Source: Phoronis australis | Taxonomy: Eukaryota; Animalia; Phoronida | Assembly: GCA_002633005.1 (NCBI GenBank) | Contig: NMRA01000058.1 | Span: forward strand, 820,735 to 884,734 | Direction: 5' to 3' | Length of the DNA: 64,000 bases | In this document: in pieces, positions 39,094 through 51,992 of the stretch | Layout: every line of letters starts with the position of its first letter | How positions within the stretch are numbered: position 1 is the first letter of the stretch | Made by a program: the position numbers and the translations under genes | Notes under the pieces: model-generated | What the model saw: the letters and a program-made list of their open reading frames with translations, nothing else | Told to the model about the DNA's origin: nothing | Databases searched by the model: none

Positions 39094-39454
39094 ACAGACT
39101 AAGGATGGAATTATGCATCAATGTTTATTGGTATGAAATGCATTAACCAAATGGAATTGTGCTGTTGGGGTAGAATTTAACTACGTAATTGGCCAGTTGA
39201 TTGGAAAAATAGTACATTCTACAATGCCCGTTTTTAAATCAAACAGTGATGCATCAATTAGCTTAAATTATATCACTTATTTGCAGAAATTCTGTTTTTC
39301 TAAACTGGATAAAATTTGTGAAAACCAGTAGATAAAAGCAGTTTTTAGCACATTTTATACTCTGATTAAAGAGGTAGATGGATCTCTAATGCAGATGCAT
39401 TTCATGTCTTGTAAGAACACAAAAACCTCAACAAGTATTTATTGCTCTAGAAAC

Positions 39455-39460
39455 AATAAA
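39455..39460 (+). terminator. Candidate polyadenylation signal of the FN3-TM gene
   Basis: First AATAAA I found downstream of the stop (~360 nt). Confidence 0.35.
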
Positions 39461-40337
39461 CAAGTCAAATCCTCCATGATGGTGGCGTGATGACCGATCA
39501 CAGACTGAATTTTCACTTCATAGGATGATTGGGATATATTGAAAGCCCAAATTAGATTTTCTGGATTCTACAGATAAGGTGTAGAGTTCGTTTAAAATGA
39601 TACGTCATAGATTGTTAGATAATTTCTTTTTTCATTTCTCGTATTGTCTAAAAATACTCCTCGTGTGCGGATCGCATCTGTGCAGTAGCTCCCCGAGGGA
39701 CATCGGAAAAAGGACTATCGATAGAATTTGTTTGTTTTTTACCGATGTTGCTCTGGGAGCTACTGCACATTTTTATGAATTCTGCACCAGAGGCACAACT
39801 GAGTTCTACAGATCAAGACAAAAGTAATTATGCCATTTATCCTATTTCTAAAATATTGGACACAGCGTTTTATATCAACAGAGTCTCAAAATAGACTTAA
39901 TAAATCATAAAATCACAGCAAACAGTTGCCGACGCAAGTTTCATGTGTGTCCATAAAGTTTTACAGCAAGGTAAACTGCAGCATGTAGTTGATCATAGTT
40001 CTTAACTTCGGGATAGCTAATATTGCCCTTCGTGATAAGGTGAAAGTAATCACAAAAAGTTCTAACACACAGCACACTGATCATAGAGCTGTTACATGCG
40101 ATGATTGTCTACAAAGTTGCACATGGCAATAGAACTTGCTGGTAACTACTGTTAACATTTTGGAAAATAATAACAACAGTTTTTGGAAGTATACGTTGGA
40201 ACGAGTTACTGTACTGAAATTTAGGATGAGCATTTAATCTGCACTACTGCAGTAAATATATTTTTGAAGTTCATATGCCTGACAACTTAAATGGAATTGT
40301 TTTCAAAACTGCACTGAATCTTGGCGGAAACAACCCA

Positions 40338-41236
40338 CAGCTCACTTTACTAAGAGACTTCGTTGAAAATGCGACTAGATTTTTTATTTGCAAGCTTGAT
40401 ACTGGTTCACTCGTTATCGGAACAATCTCCTTTCATCAGGTGCGCAGCTATGTAATAAAACACCGAGCGACGCAACAAACAAACAAATTAAGAACACTAG
40501 CTATATGTCGAGACTGCACGTTTCATCATCAGCCAGTAAGTGGAATGAACATATATTAAACAGCAAAATAAACAGTGAAATACACGCAACAGTGGGAAAA
40601 GGGGTATACAAGCAGAGACTGTGAATGCAACATATGGTAGGAAGCCCGCAACCCTATCGAAACAGAGCCAGCATGGGGTATACCTGTGAGCAGCTCATTC
40701 AACACGGGTTTTTTCGCTACTGATCAATAGCGATTCCAAAATCTTTAGCTGAAATGTAGCTTCAACATAGCGAATGATGGTATTGTCTAGTTCTTGCCTG
40801 GTAATTTTGCGGCCATGTTGGTGTATAAAATGATCTTGAATGGACCCCCCTGCAAGTGCATTTACAACCATTGCAGGAGAACATACTGTGTGCCCAATGT
40901 AACGCTGCTCACAAGAATGAGGACATTCACCCATATGACATGTGAATTGGTAAACAACCTCCCGCTGACTTGTGTATTTCACTGTTTATTTCGCTACGTA
41001 TATGTTCATTCCACTTATTGCCTTATGATGAGACATGAAGTCTCGAAATGCAGCAAGTGTTTTAATTTGTTTGTTTGTTATGTCTCTTGGTGTTTTAATA
41101 CATAGCTGCACACCTGAAGAAAGGAGATTGTTCCAATACTACGAACGAACCAGTATCAAGCTTGCAAACAAAAAGTCTAGTAGTGTTTTCAACGAAGTTT
41201 GTGTAAACGAAGGGCTGCAACCAAACTACACTGATT
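40338..41236 (-). mobile_element. Penelope-like retroelement 3' fragment with inverted pseudo-LTRs
   Basis: GIY-YIG relic 40695-40970 (VVYQFTC..GEC...YIGHT...GSIQDHF...LKILESLLI). ~250-bp inverted repeats at 40338-40585 / 40972-41218, carrying the PLE ORF N-terminus (ERTSIKL...SSVFNEVCVNEGLQPNYT). Confidence 0.85.
41012..41062 (+). ncRNA. Degenerate minimal hammerhead ribozyme core in pseudo-LTR (partner copy on minus strand ~40495-40540)
   Basis: (a)TGATGA-GAC-atgaa-GTC-tc-GAAA. The partner reads CTGATGA-tgaaac-gtgca-gtctc-GACA. PLE pLTRs are known to carry minimal hammerheads. Confidence 0.45.
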
Positions 41237-44200
41237 ACAATGAGAAAAGAGAAATGAACAACATTGAAGAAACAATGGCCAAAACAGGGATATTCCTCAT
41301 CATGTTTGAACCTGTGCCCTTTGGGTACACCTGATGATAAAAACTGTGCCTTTTGCCCAGTAGACTTGGTATAGTTAAAGTGGTAACATATGAATCAGAA
41401 ACCCCAAGGGCAATTGAAAGAAGAATAGAGCCATGTTCATGTAAAAGCTGAATCTTTATTTAAAATATGTATACATAAAAAGGCAATCTGACAAAGACTT
41501 CAAACAGATTGTTCAGCAGTGGTGGAATTAGAACTAGTCATGTTATGTAAAGTCTGACATGACGAATCAAAAAGCAGACAGTTTTTTTAGATGTCTAAAT
41601 GTTTAAAGTTGACTGTGGCTTCGCCATTCTTCTGTCTGACAGCTCCTAAAGCAGACTTAACTTAGCGCATGTGATGTCGCATCCTCTGTCAAAGATAATT
41701 GAATGTCAAGGTCGCAGCTGCAGCCGAGCGATGCGTTTTCAATTGTAAACAGGAATGGTAATTTTCGATCAAATAGTGGAAACCCAAAACAGCCTGTTAA
41801 CTTTGTCTTATGTTAAAGAAATCTGCGACTTATCTGTTACCCGACTGGCTGTAAGTTGACTAGAATCTTACATTTCTGGAAGTGTTGCGTTCTAAAAGAT
41901 GCGTTTAGGGGGGGTGCACAGCTGCAATGCACTTCCGCCTTTTTTTATGAGCTAATGGCGTAAAGGCATGGTCCATGAATATCCCTGCCAAAGAAAAGCT
42001 GGATCTCAAAACTTCTACCAGATACAAGTTATGTTAGTAGACCATGCTAAGAAAGGAACTTTTTGTAAACAGTCCACAGCTAAAGAGAAAACTACCAGCG
42101 ATTTACTCTGTCTATTACTGAAAGCAACCTGCTGTTGGCTTGAACACCGCGTAACAAATTGGATATTGTACTCCTGATATAAAAATTATTTGACGTCAGA
42201 AATAATAGCTCAAATTCATGATAAATGAATTAAGCGCCTCCAGGCTTTTCTAGGCCCTTCACTTTTCTCCAATAAATGCAAGACAGATTTCAGGGAAACC
42301 AAAACATCAAAACATTGCTAAACCCTTACACTGTAAAACTGTAGTTAATCTTAGAGTAATGATCAGTTATGTACAACATCAACACAAGTAAACTACACTT
42401 TTACCATGCATCATCTTCGAAGTGTGTGAAGTCTCAATTCATAAACTAACATAACCTTTCCGCATAGTTTTTACCAATTTTTAGCACACAGAATGAGTTT
42501 TATCTGTCAAAAGATAACGCAAAAATAGTTGCGTGTATTAGAGACCATCTTAAATGGATTTTTGGTATTCTGGAGGTAATGGATCTAGACATACACTTTT
42601 CCCCACTTCTACTTGGGTAACACTGTGAAAGGACCATATAACAGGACTATTCTTGAGGCTCCTGCAACAATACAGGCACTTAGTCGATGCATTCCACATA
42701 AGTTCACGTTTTGTGACATACTCAAGGCAAAGAAGCTTCAAATAAAGAAGGATTCATCACACTTTTAGGACTCGTTGCCAGATTACGTTTACAACAAACG
42801 TCCAAACAGAGGCACGCCCACTGCCGCCCACATGTGTGGATCATTATGATTTCAAATGTTCGCTTAATGTTCCACAAATGGCGGTATGACAAAGGGAATA
42901 TCTAATACTTCTAGCAACGCCTTTAGTCAGACAAGATTGATTTTTTTTGCGCACGAATACAGCGCATTCTTTTTATTACTCAGTATAATTAGTTTAGAAT
43001 ACTGGGGGTGGGGGAAACCAGGGGATGCCCGGGCACCACCTACATTTTGCTAAGTTTTTTCAAACACGGGATATGGTAAGAATGAATTTTAGGGTCAACA
43101 TGTGTGGACTGCTAAGAGACTATCACAGATGAAACCAGTTCTCCCTGTTGCATTTAGGCAACAAGGACCCAACCATTGGATTTAGCGGTCCTACCATGGC
43201 ATTTATGATTCTGGTCCATGCATTGTTTCCAACTCCTTGTTATTGGCCATCGTTCGGCCATGGACATTGGAAATCATTCAGCACTGGAACACAATCCGAT
43301 TGTAAACAAAATACAAAATCTTTCCTGCTAGTAAGCTTCAAATCCATGATTTTGTCCTGTTAACTTACAAGACTATCTGTCTAATGTGGGTTTGTTTCGA
43401 CGGTGATAAAAAGCCTCATACTTGATGACAGCTTTTAACAGAAAAAGCGAGATCAACACAAACCAAATGTTGCCCAGTTATTCCTGTACTGACATGACTC
43501 AACAAATTCCGCAATGTGGTGTCCAGGTTGTATTGACCCATTCATTGATACGTTTGGCACTAATTCAGTTGTAATTTATTGCTGGTCATGTCTGGTACCA
43601 GCCGATCTGATACTAGTGTGAATACTACTGCGCACAGGTGGACAACTTTTCAGCAGACAATGTCATCCATCTGAAATAGGATTGACACAGATCGAATACA
43701 AAATAGGTGGACCTAAGAAGAACAATCAAGTGATAATCCAATTGGCAACTCAACATGTTAGCCCTTTCAAGCATAGGCTGCCTTGGGAGAGCAGAGATTA
43801 CAATACCTTGCTCCCTATACGGCCAAAACACGCTGGCCACTTGCCATATTAGGTTAACAAGAACATAAAATTTCCTTCAAAAATTGTGGTCACAACATCC
43901 AACATCTGCCCAAGTTTGACTATTGTTTTATGCCGCTAAATCCAATTTCTGTTTGCAAAACCGAGAATAGGTTGGTTTTGAACTCTGAACACTAGAAATA
44001 CAGCAATATTTTTGTCTCATTTTCTGTAAAAAAAGCATCTGCATGTTATGAAAGATACAAGGTGTAAACACAACAATACCGTATTTAATAAAGCTTGGGA
44101 TATTGGCAGAGAGCAAAGCCTTGGGCTAATAACTTTTCAGAAGGTATAAGCAAATTTGCCAAAGAGAGTATATCTTGGACAATCCATCACATTTGGAAGA

Positions 44201-44305
44201 AAAGTGAAATCGACAAATCATGTGTTTAACCGTTTATCTGTTCCAACTTCGAAGACAAGCTTAACGGGACTGCGCAAGCCATCAAATAGCAGGTAAAAAA
44301 GGTTA

Positions 44306-45724
44306 CCGTATTCGCCGTAATAACCGCCCATGCCCCTATGAACGCCCACCCCCCCCCCGCGCGTTTTCAGACTGCTGAAATAAGCACCCAGTCCATGAAC
44401 GTGTGCATGCGAACAATGACATACCTACAGTCCTACAACTCAGCTACAGCAATGTCTTCAATTTATCAAAAATTATTTGCACGGGTCTTCTAGATCACCA
44501 GCGGCACTGCTACGTTTGTATTTTGACTTTACACTTCAAAGTAGCACAGCGCTTCAAAAAGAACGCAACAGCATTGCTACGCTCTCACGATGACCGTGTC
44601 CCACTATGATCTGACCTTTCAGTAGACACATCGACTGTCTCATGAATAAAAATAACTCGGTGTTAAACGCACGTGGCCAGGAAGAGCGCACTACATACAT
44701 GAACCTGTCATCAAAGACATTAGTCGGGAACTATCCATTCATGAAACGGGTAGCATAGCATCGATAAGAAATGAATATTGGCACTAATTTCCGACAATTT
44801 CTAATATTATAAAACATGTTTGAGTTAGTTTTGAGATGGATTGTTTGATTAACCATAATTGGTGTTTTTAAGCCGAATATCTGATAAAATGACAACTGAC
44901 AGTGAATGCTTACACACCCTTACACCGAAAAATAACTGTCAGATAGTTACGTACGCATCCAGCTACACGGAGACTATAATATGGGCCTTACCGAGACAAA
45001 TGTCGAAAGTTTTTAGCACGAGACCGGCAAGTGCTGAATGAAACACGCTATGGTTTAGGCCTACTGCTTGTGCAAATTTCTTAAGACACATCTAGCTAGT
45101 TAGATTGCGTGGCTTTGGCCAAAAGACGGTCTCTGCTTTAGCAAATGAATTCTGGTGACACGCACGCACTCGCTTATTCGCAGACGAACTTCAAAACAAA
45201 CGTCACGTGACAACAACATGTGTGTTCGTCCAGACATTTTTCTCACCGTGTTGCCGATCATACATGTAGATGGCACGATGTTGCACAGATTTGTACTTAA
45301 CCTGCCGTTAATCCAGACTCCACGGGAACTTAAAAAATCTTAGAGACGCTACTTATAAAATTTAATGAGTATTTCAGGTAATTTGCTTGAGTCGAAACCA
45401 TTTTTATTCAAGCATTGAAGTAGCCATATCGTAGACGGCGATTTCGAGGCAGTCAGTCGGCGAGTTTTGGCCCTGGGATTTCAGCACAATTTTCTGTAAA
45501 ATGATCGTAATTTAGCAGCAAAGTTTGATAGCAATGCACAACAGTTTTGTTGAAAGTCTTTTATAGATTACATATACGTCACAGAGCGTAAATTTGATGA
45601 ATCTTAGCTTCCGATTTCACCCGTTTCGGAGACTGGGTTTCAACCGCCTTGGGTTATAATAAGTGCCACCCCCCCCGAACCGAACTTTTCTAAGCGCCCT
45701 GGGCGTTTATCACGGCGAATACGG
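44306..45724. mobile_element. Tc2/pogo-like non-autonomous element, second family
   Basis: TA|CCGTATTCGCCGTAATAACCGCCC ... GGGCGTTTATCACGGCGAATACGG|TA. Confidence 0.85.
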
Positions 45725-46628
45725 TAATAATTCCCACAACCCCATTTAATTGCCCTGCAGGTTATGTTCATAGGAGCAGAGATTTGTACGAACAACACAT
45801 TTTGAAGTCATGTTGCTCAGTTTGGATGCACGACCCATGAATGCCAGACATTGTGACCCTATTAAACGAGGAATATAAAATGGCACTCCGTAACATGTTC
45901 TGAAGTAAGCATGGATGTTTCACTTAAAAGACCGGACTAATTAAGAACGGTTAGTTACATGACTTCAAACGGCAAATGAAAGGTGCTGAAAATAAGCGAC
46001 AGCATATCCAAAACGACACTTAATGCTAAGAAGGCTTGTATGAGGTAAACCGTACCTTTAAACTCTATATTAAGTATCAGCAAAATTTATCAAGTCATTT
46101 TTATAAATCGATGGGCTGGGAATTTTCTTGTCAAAANGCCTTGGGTTATAATAAGCGCCACCCCCCCCGAACCGAACTTTTCTAAGCGCCCTGGGCGGTT
46201 ATCACGGCGAATACGGTAATAATTGCCACAACCCCATTTAATTGCCCTGCAGGTTATGTTCACAGGAGCAGAGATTTGTACGAACAACACATTTTGAAGT
46301 CATGTTGCTCAGTTTGGATGCACGACCCATGAATGCCAGACAATGTGACCCTATTAAACGAGGAATATAAAATGGCACTCCGTAACATGTTCTGAAGTAA
46401 GCATGGATGTTTCACTTAAAAGACCGGACTAATTAAGAACGGTTAGTTACATGACTTCAAACGGCAAATGAAAGGTGCTGAAAATAAGCGACAGCATATC
46501 CAAAACGACACTTAATGCTAAGAAGGCTTGTATGAGGTAAACCGTACCTTTAAACTCTATATTAAGTATCAGCAAAATTTATCAAGTCATTTTTATAAAT
46601 CGATGGGCTGGGAATTTTCTTGTCAAAA
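45646..46628. repeat. ~490-bp direct duplication separated by a single n (probable assembly/haplotype artefact)
   Basis: 45646-46136 and 46138-46628 differ at only a handful of positions, and the n at 46137 lies exactly at the junction. Confidence 0.85.
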
Positions 46629-47425
46629 ACTAAAACAACTGTGAGGGTGTGGCACAGCACTTGAATACGTTTGAAAATGGACTGGTGGGAGACTATTCTC
46701 AACCCAAACCACTACATCAAGTTTCGACAAAATTCGTCGACTCACTTGTCAAAAACCAACAGACAATGGCACTTCTCAACGAAAAATAATCCACCAACAG
46801 GACGTGCAGTGGCACTCACATCAATCCAAAAATTGACTGATAACAGATAGCATGTTACTCTGCCAAGTTTCTGAAAAACCAGTTGTCATTAGTTTTACTC
46901 AAATTGATGGATAAGCATTTTTTTGTTCAAAACTTAAACAGCCAACACAGGGTGCCAAGTTGGACAAATCATGTTAGAAATCGATTGATGCCGATGCATC
47001 CCCACCACACAATTCCGTACTAAATTGCATCATGATCTGCCAGCGGTGTTTAGAAAAACATTGATGAACAAGCTAAGGTAACGATGGATAGATGGGATGC
47101 ACACCACATGTGACCACAAACAATTTGAGAGTGCATAACAACGATTAATGTCATATTCACAATAAGATGTATCGATAGTTCAAGAAATTGCAAAGTTGAA
47201 GAATTGATTTTTGCAATATGTTGTGTTGCCAGAATATGTCATTTTTTTGATTTTCTCATACAGCAGATTCCAATAGAATAACGTCTTGACACGATGTATA
47301 TACAAGACCAAGTAATTAAATCGTCAACTGCTATAATTTAGTGAAAATACATTAAGTCTGAATTATTAATGAATCGTTCAATACAATCTCAAAAACATTC
47401 AAAATGGCTTATAAAAGTTACCTAC

Positions 47426-47608
47426 ATTTGACAAATATCGGTATTCTGCAGCAACTTTTCTCTCTAATTTCTTTGCACCAGGAATATCTCGAAACGACAA
47501 GTTCTCAGCTTTTATTTGCAGCATGTCAGCATGCTCGATTAAGCCGTTCAGTCGACACATCAGAGGCAGTTGGACACCACTTTCCATTCTGGTTAGTGTT
47601 TCTGTCAT
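47426..47608 (-). CDS. C7orf25: C7orf25 homolog, first coding exon
   Basis: LNGLIEHADMLQIKAENLSFRDIPGAKKLERKVAAEYRYLSN vs human LCERIAIAKELIKRAESL...[21 protein letters not shown]. The phase-0 donor AAT|gtaggt joins exon 2 (LQKK). An upstream acceptor aattacag| sits at 47630. Confidence 0.85.
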
Positions 47609-47769
47609 ATCAAGTCAACACCATACAAACTGTAATTAGAAAAGAAAATTATTTGTCAAGAAACTGTTGGAAGACATCACAACATCGAAAAGAGTCGCTT
47701 GTAAAAACTGTGCCCCAAAATAAAGTTCAAGCATTTTCAAAATTCCCTCCAAAAGGTTTTCATATAACT

Positions 47770-48700
47770 GGCAGATAGTTGCAAAAGTTCACTAACATCC
47801 TGCAAAGAAATCAGGAGCTAAGGCAGGGTTGCAAACATACAACATCACAACTAGGGGACGCCACAGTTGTCAGACTTGACAGAAAATGAATGTCAACAAT
47901 AGTTTCCTCATCAGGAACACAACTGCTGCGACTGATAATGACCCCTTGAGCTATTTGACAGATAAAGAGGCAAATATCAAAAAACAACGAACTCAAAAAA
48001 AACAAAAACAACAGCCACTAGGTGGCTCAGAATATGTTAAATCTGTCCGAAAATGGAAAGACATTGATGTCTCCTCAACAGAAATTAATTTGCCAAATTT
48101 CACAAAAATTCGCCCTCAATTATTAGTTGAATTGGACTGAAACTCATCATCTGTTACCATCTCCATAGGAACATATCCTCCAAAGGGTTAAGGAGATACA
48201 GCCGCGGACACAAAGACAAAATTGTTACTAGGGGGTGCCAGAGTAGTCGAAATCATTCAAAAAACCAAAATCTGCTAGGATTTTTCATCACAGCTGCTAA
48301 TTTTCATGATGCTTTGAGAGCAATTGGGTAGACAGAGAGGCGGACGTCAAACATGTACTGAAAAAATGTTTAATGGCCACCAGGTGCCAAATAATGCGAC
48401 AAATGAGAAGGCGTCATCATCACCTTAATAGAAACCTATTGCTAACTTTCTTGAAAATCCATCAAGTACCCCAAAGATACAGAGGCAAACGTAAAAAAGT
48501 AAAATTGGCACTGGCAGACAGAACTGTAGTAGGATCAGTTCGAAACTCGCCATGGGTTGTCGTCAGGTTCATAGGAACACATCTGCCATACGTCACACTA
48601 TGATCTTGCAATGGTTTCGGAGACACAACAGTGGACACCAGACGTCCAGAGATGACAGAAATATGCACCCAAGCAGTAGAATAACTGCTCGCTTAATAAG
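47770..48700. repeat. Old interspersed repeat with ccactaggtggc-type motifs (related sequence inverted at ~55770-56520)
   Basis: Internally repetitive blocks such as ccactaggtggc / gccacctagtgg and gtccgaaaatggaaagacat / tatccctccactttcggat. Boundaries approximate. Confidence 0.4.
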
Positions 48701-49099
48701 CAACAGCTCTTTGGCCAATGACTACAGATGCTAGGCTCACACACCAGCAGTCAGGGTTTGACGTCAACTGCCAGGCAGAATGATGTACTTTTCTCCACAC
48801 TAAACAGGGACATCAAGCCTAGGTGCAAAGTTGCATACTCTTTTGGAACGATGTGTTCGTGAAAAAGTGACACAAATGAATATCATTAAAACTACTCTTA
48901 CAAAAATTGCTGTCATTCTGTTGCTAATTTTGTGGAGCAATATCTTTCAGCCGCTTTCAACACCTTGAAACAGAGTGCCACCTATTGGCCGACTTCTTTT
49001 TCTGACAATTCCTTAATCAATAGTTTCTTCTATGAGGTTGTACAGATCACAACCAACTACAGCAAAGGATTTTATTTCGGATCATCAGCAATTTCTGAG

Positions 49100-49185
49100 C
49101 AAAATATGCTTCCACAAAGTTGTCGCCGTCTCTAGGAAAGATGACGTAAAACATTGACGCATGCGTGTCACAAGCGCACTGTTTT
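49100..49185. promoter_or_regulatory. Possible promoter elements for C7orf25
   Basis: CRE-like atgacgtaa and NRF1-like acgcatgcgt about 1.5 kb upstream of the first coding exon, which itself has a splice acceptor. Weak evidence. Confidence 0.2.
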
Positions 49186-50039
49186 GAATTTGACAGTCTT
49201 TCTTTGTTTCAAAAGCTGGAAAATGATGCGATAAAAAATGTTTATTGCTAAATGTTAATTTAAGTATCGTGATGAGGTGATGAACAGAGTTGCGGAATTT
49301 TGATGTCCATAGAAATTGTACTGCAGTGGGATGCCAATTTCTATACAGCTAGCTGGCCCGCTAAGGGTCATCCAGCAGTTCAGCCATCTGCATTGACACA
49401 ATTACAACCAACTAAGAACATTGGTACACAGAATAATACAAGTGACTACATGGTATGTATGGAAGCACTAGATTGGATATAAACACCTTGACATCAATGC
49501 AATAATCATTCTGATATCTTTTGGTCTTAAATATGCCAATTTTAGGTAATCTGACCTGACCAAAAAGTTGTGACCTTGGCCTTTAAGAAAACATGGCTGC
49601 CAACCAGCGATTTTCAACAAGTGGACAAGTAAATTACAATGCTGCTCTCCATGCTTAAGCATCGGTAGCAGCTAAAGTATGAGAAATGTCGAGCGGAAAT
49701 AGCTACATCTTAAAGTGAACATTAGTGTTCATCACAAGAGACAGGTGTATTTCTTGAAGACTGTTTTATTTTAAAGCTTTAATCAGAATTTCTGTCTGAT
49801 TTAGGCAGGGTGTGCAGCTGCGGGATTCTTTCCCCAGGCAGTAAAAACATTTTTTCATTCCAGAACATTTGACCCTGTCGTAACATAATATACGGTAATC
49901 AGCAATTCTTTAAATTGAAAACTAAGGAACCATTAAAAAATACTGTCACTGTACACAAAGTATACAACGTATTTACAAAAGTGACATCATAAATTTACAT
50001 ACTAAGGTAGAAAGCCAGCTAGCTGTATCGTCAACTTAC

Positions 50040-50610
50040 AGGTAGCTGTGCTGAGCTCCGTTAGGCACCGAAACTTCACACAACCCAGGTAGCTCAGCTC
50101 ATCACCTCGTTGTGAAACTTATACAGAGCTAATGACCTGCAGGGGTGCATGTAGAATCTTCGGGAATCACTAGCGACACCCGCCTTGCTCGTTGCAGCCG
50201 TTTAAGTGAAAAAACAATCTAATAAACATCATGTTTGCGGAATTGTCCGCTTTTTTGTGAAAGTCTGTCATTCTTTTAAACACAATATACTCGTGACACG
50301 CAAACACGTCATTTCCTATTGAAATTTTATGATAACTGTCGGGAAATGACGACAACTTCATAGCAAATTGGGTTAGCTGGAATTAAAATACTAAAAAACT
50401 TGGAACGAAATGAAACCAGTTCCGGAAGAGAACTACAGTTGAAGAATCTGGGAAATTGGCCAATAGGTGGAACAGTGGTGCCAGAGATGTTCCAAAAGAG
50501 CCCACTCCAATTTTAAAAGCAAAAAACAGTAGAACGCCAATTTTTCCAACATCAGTAAATAACTAAGTTTTCTCAAGGAAGTTTAATGACGTCATTAATT
50601 TTGGCGGAGA
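50040..50610 (-). mobile_element. Diverged inverted relic of the internal part (25050-25650) of the CAC..GTG element
   Basis: Several colinear blocks, e.g. gctggaattaaaatactaaaaaactt...aaatgaaaccagttc vs the reverse complement of 25265-25312, and gttgcagccg.tt.agtgaaaaa.caatctaat vs the reverse complement of 25456-25487. Confidence 0.7.
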
Positions 50611-51160
50611 TAGGTCCGAAGAAGTATATACGCAACGGAAGCCCGAGGGGGTGAAATTAAGCTGACAGACTGATGTCATCCAGGCGGTTGAGCCGATGGA
50701 CTAATGTCACCAAGGCCAGTATGAAGCTGGCCACCCTCCCTCTGCGTCCGCAAAAAAACAGCCCCCGGGAAAAATAGAACACCTTGTATCTATATAGAGG
50801 GCCAGTGCACCACCTGGGACCAAGGCGGTGTCGAAACGGGTGCAACAAAGGTCTGTAGAGGTGCGGGGTAGACGGAGTTTGTGTGAACGATAGTAGACTA
50901 GTAACAAGACTAGATCTAATTTAATTGCAAGAGTAAAGGACCGTAGAACATTCCAAAAGGACAAAATTTATTCACAGTCAAGTCTCAACTCAGTAGCAAA
51001 ATCCGCCAATACCAGGACTTGAATCGGGCTTTCCCGCGGGATAACTATGCATCCTAACCATTGGGTTACCAAGCAATTGTCGCTTGGCAAGTGATTTTGA
51101 GAGGCTTTATACAGCTCGTCACGGGATGCCATGGGTCACAATACTCCTCTCCCTTCAAGC

Positions 51161-51992
51161 TAGACAGTGACTACCATCTCTAGTTGAACAACAGACAGTG
51201 AAACTCCTATAGGCACTTCATATGGCGGAAGCTTTTAGGCGAATTATGATTAAAAAGTCACGTTGATATAAGTACCTTTTGTGCATAGAGGGACACCTTA
51301 GGCCGCAGTTGATGTCTTTAATTCCTTACAACTTCAACAAATACTCCCACCATCAAACTTTTCCTTTAAGCAGTACTTCGTTCAGTTCCGGTAACTGGAC
51401 ATTTTTAACAATGCGCACGGCAAGTGGTATGCCGTCATATCCTCTAGCGTGCGCTGTGTAAAAATGGCCAGTTTCCAATTTTGGAAACTGAACAAAGGAC
51501 TGCTCAAAGAAAAAGTTTGATAACTGTAGTATTTGTTTGAGTTGGAAGGAATTAAAGACTTCAACTGCCTCCTAAGGTATCCCTCTATACGCGAAATGTA
51601 CTTTTAACAACGTGACTTTTTAATCGCATAGAGGGACAACATAAGAGGCCTTCAATGTTTTTAATTTCTCCAAAGTCGATGAAATACCCCAGTTATCAAA
51701 CTTTTTCTTCGAACAGTCCCTCGTTCAGTTTCCAAAATCGGCAACTCAGTTTTTAACACTGCGCACGGCAGGTGGCTTGCGCAGTGTTGAAAATAGCGAG
51801 TTCCCGATTTTGGGAACTGAATTGTTCGAGTTGGAAGAAATTAAAAACCGGCCTCCTAAGGTGTCCCTCTATGCGCAAAAGGTATTTATAAGAACATGAC
51901 TTTGATGTTTTTGTCAGTGTGAGGCATAATTCGCCGCTATAGGAGCTTCACCGTCTCTACTGGGGAGAGCTAGAGACGATGGTCATTGTCTA
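51161..51992. mobile_element. Old degenerate copy of the TAG..CTA long-TIR MITE family
   Basis: tagacagtgac...ggtcattgtcta ends. Contains four TIR-derived blocks in alternating orientation. Confidence 0.7.

Noticed and set aside
51004-51074. tRNA gene on the minus strand
   Set aside because: A/B-box-like sequences are degenerate and the acceptor and anticodon stems do not pair. At most a tRNA-derived relic.
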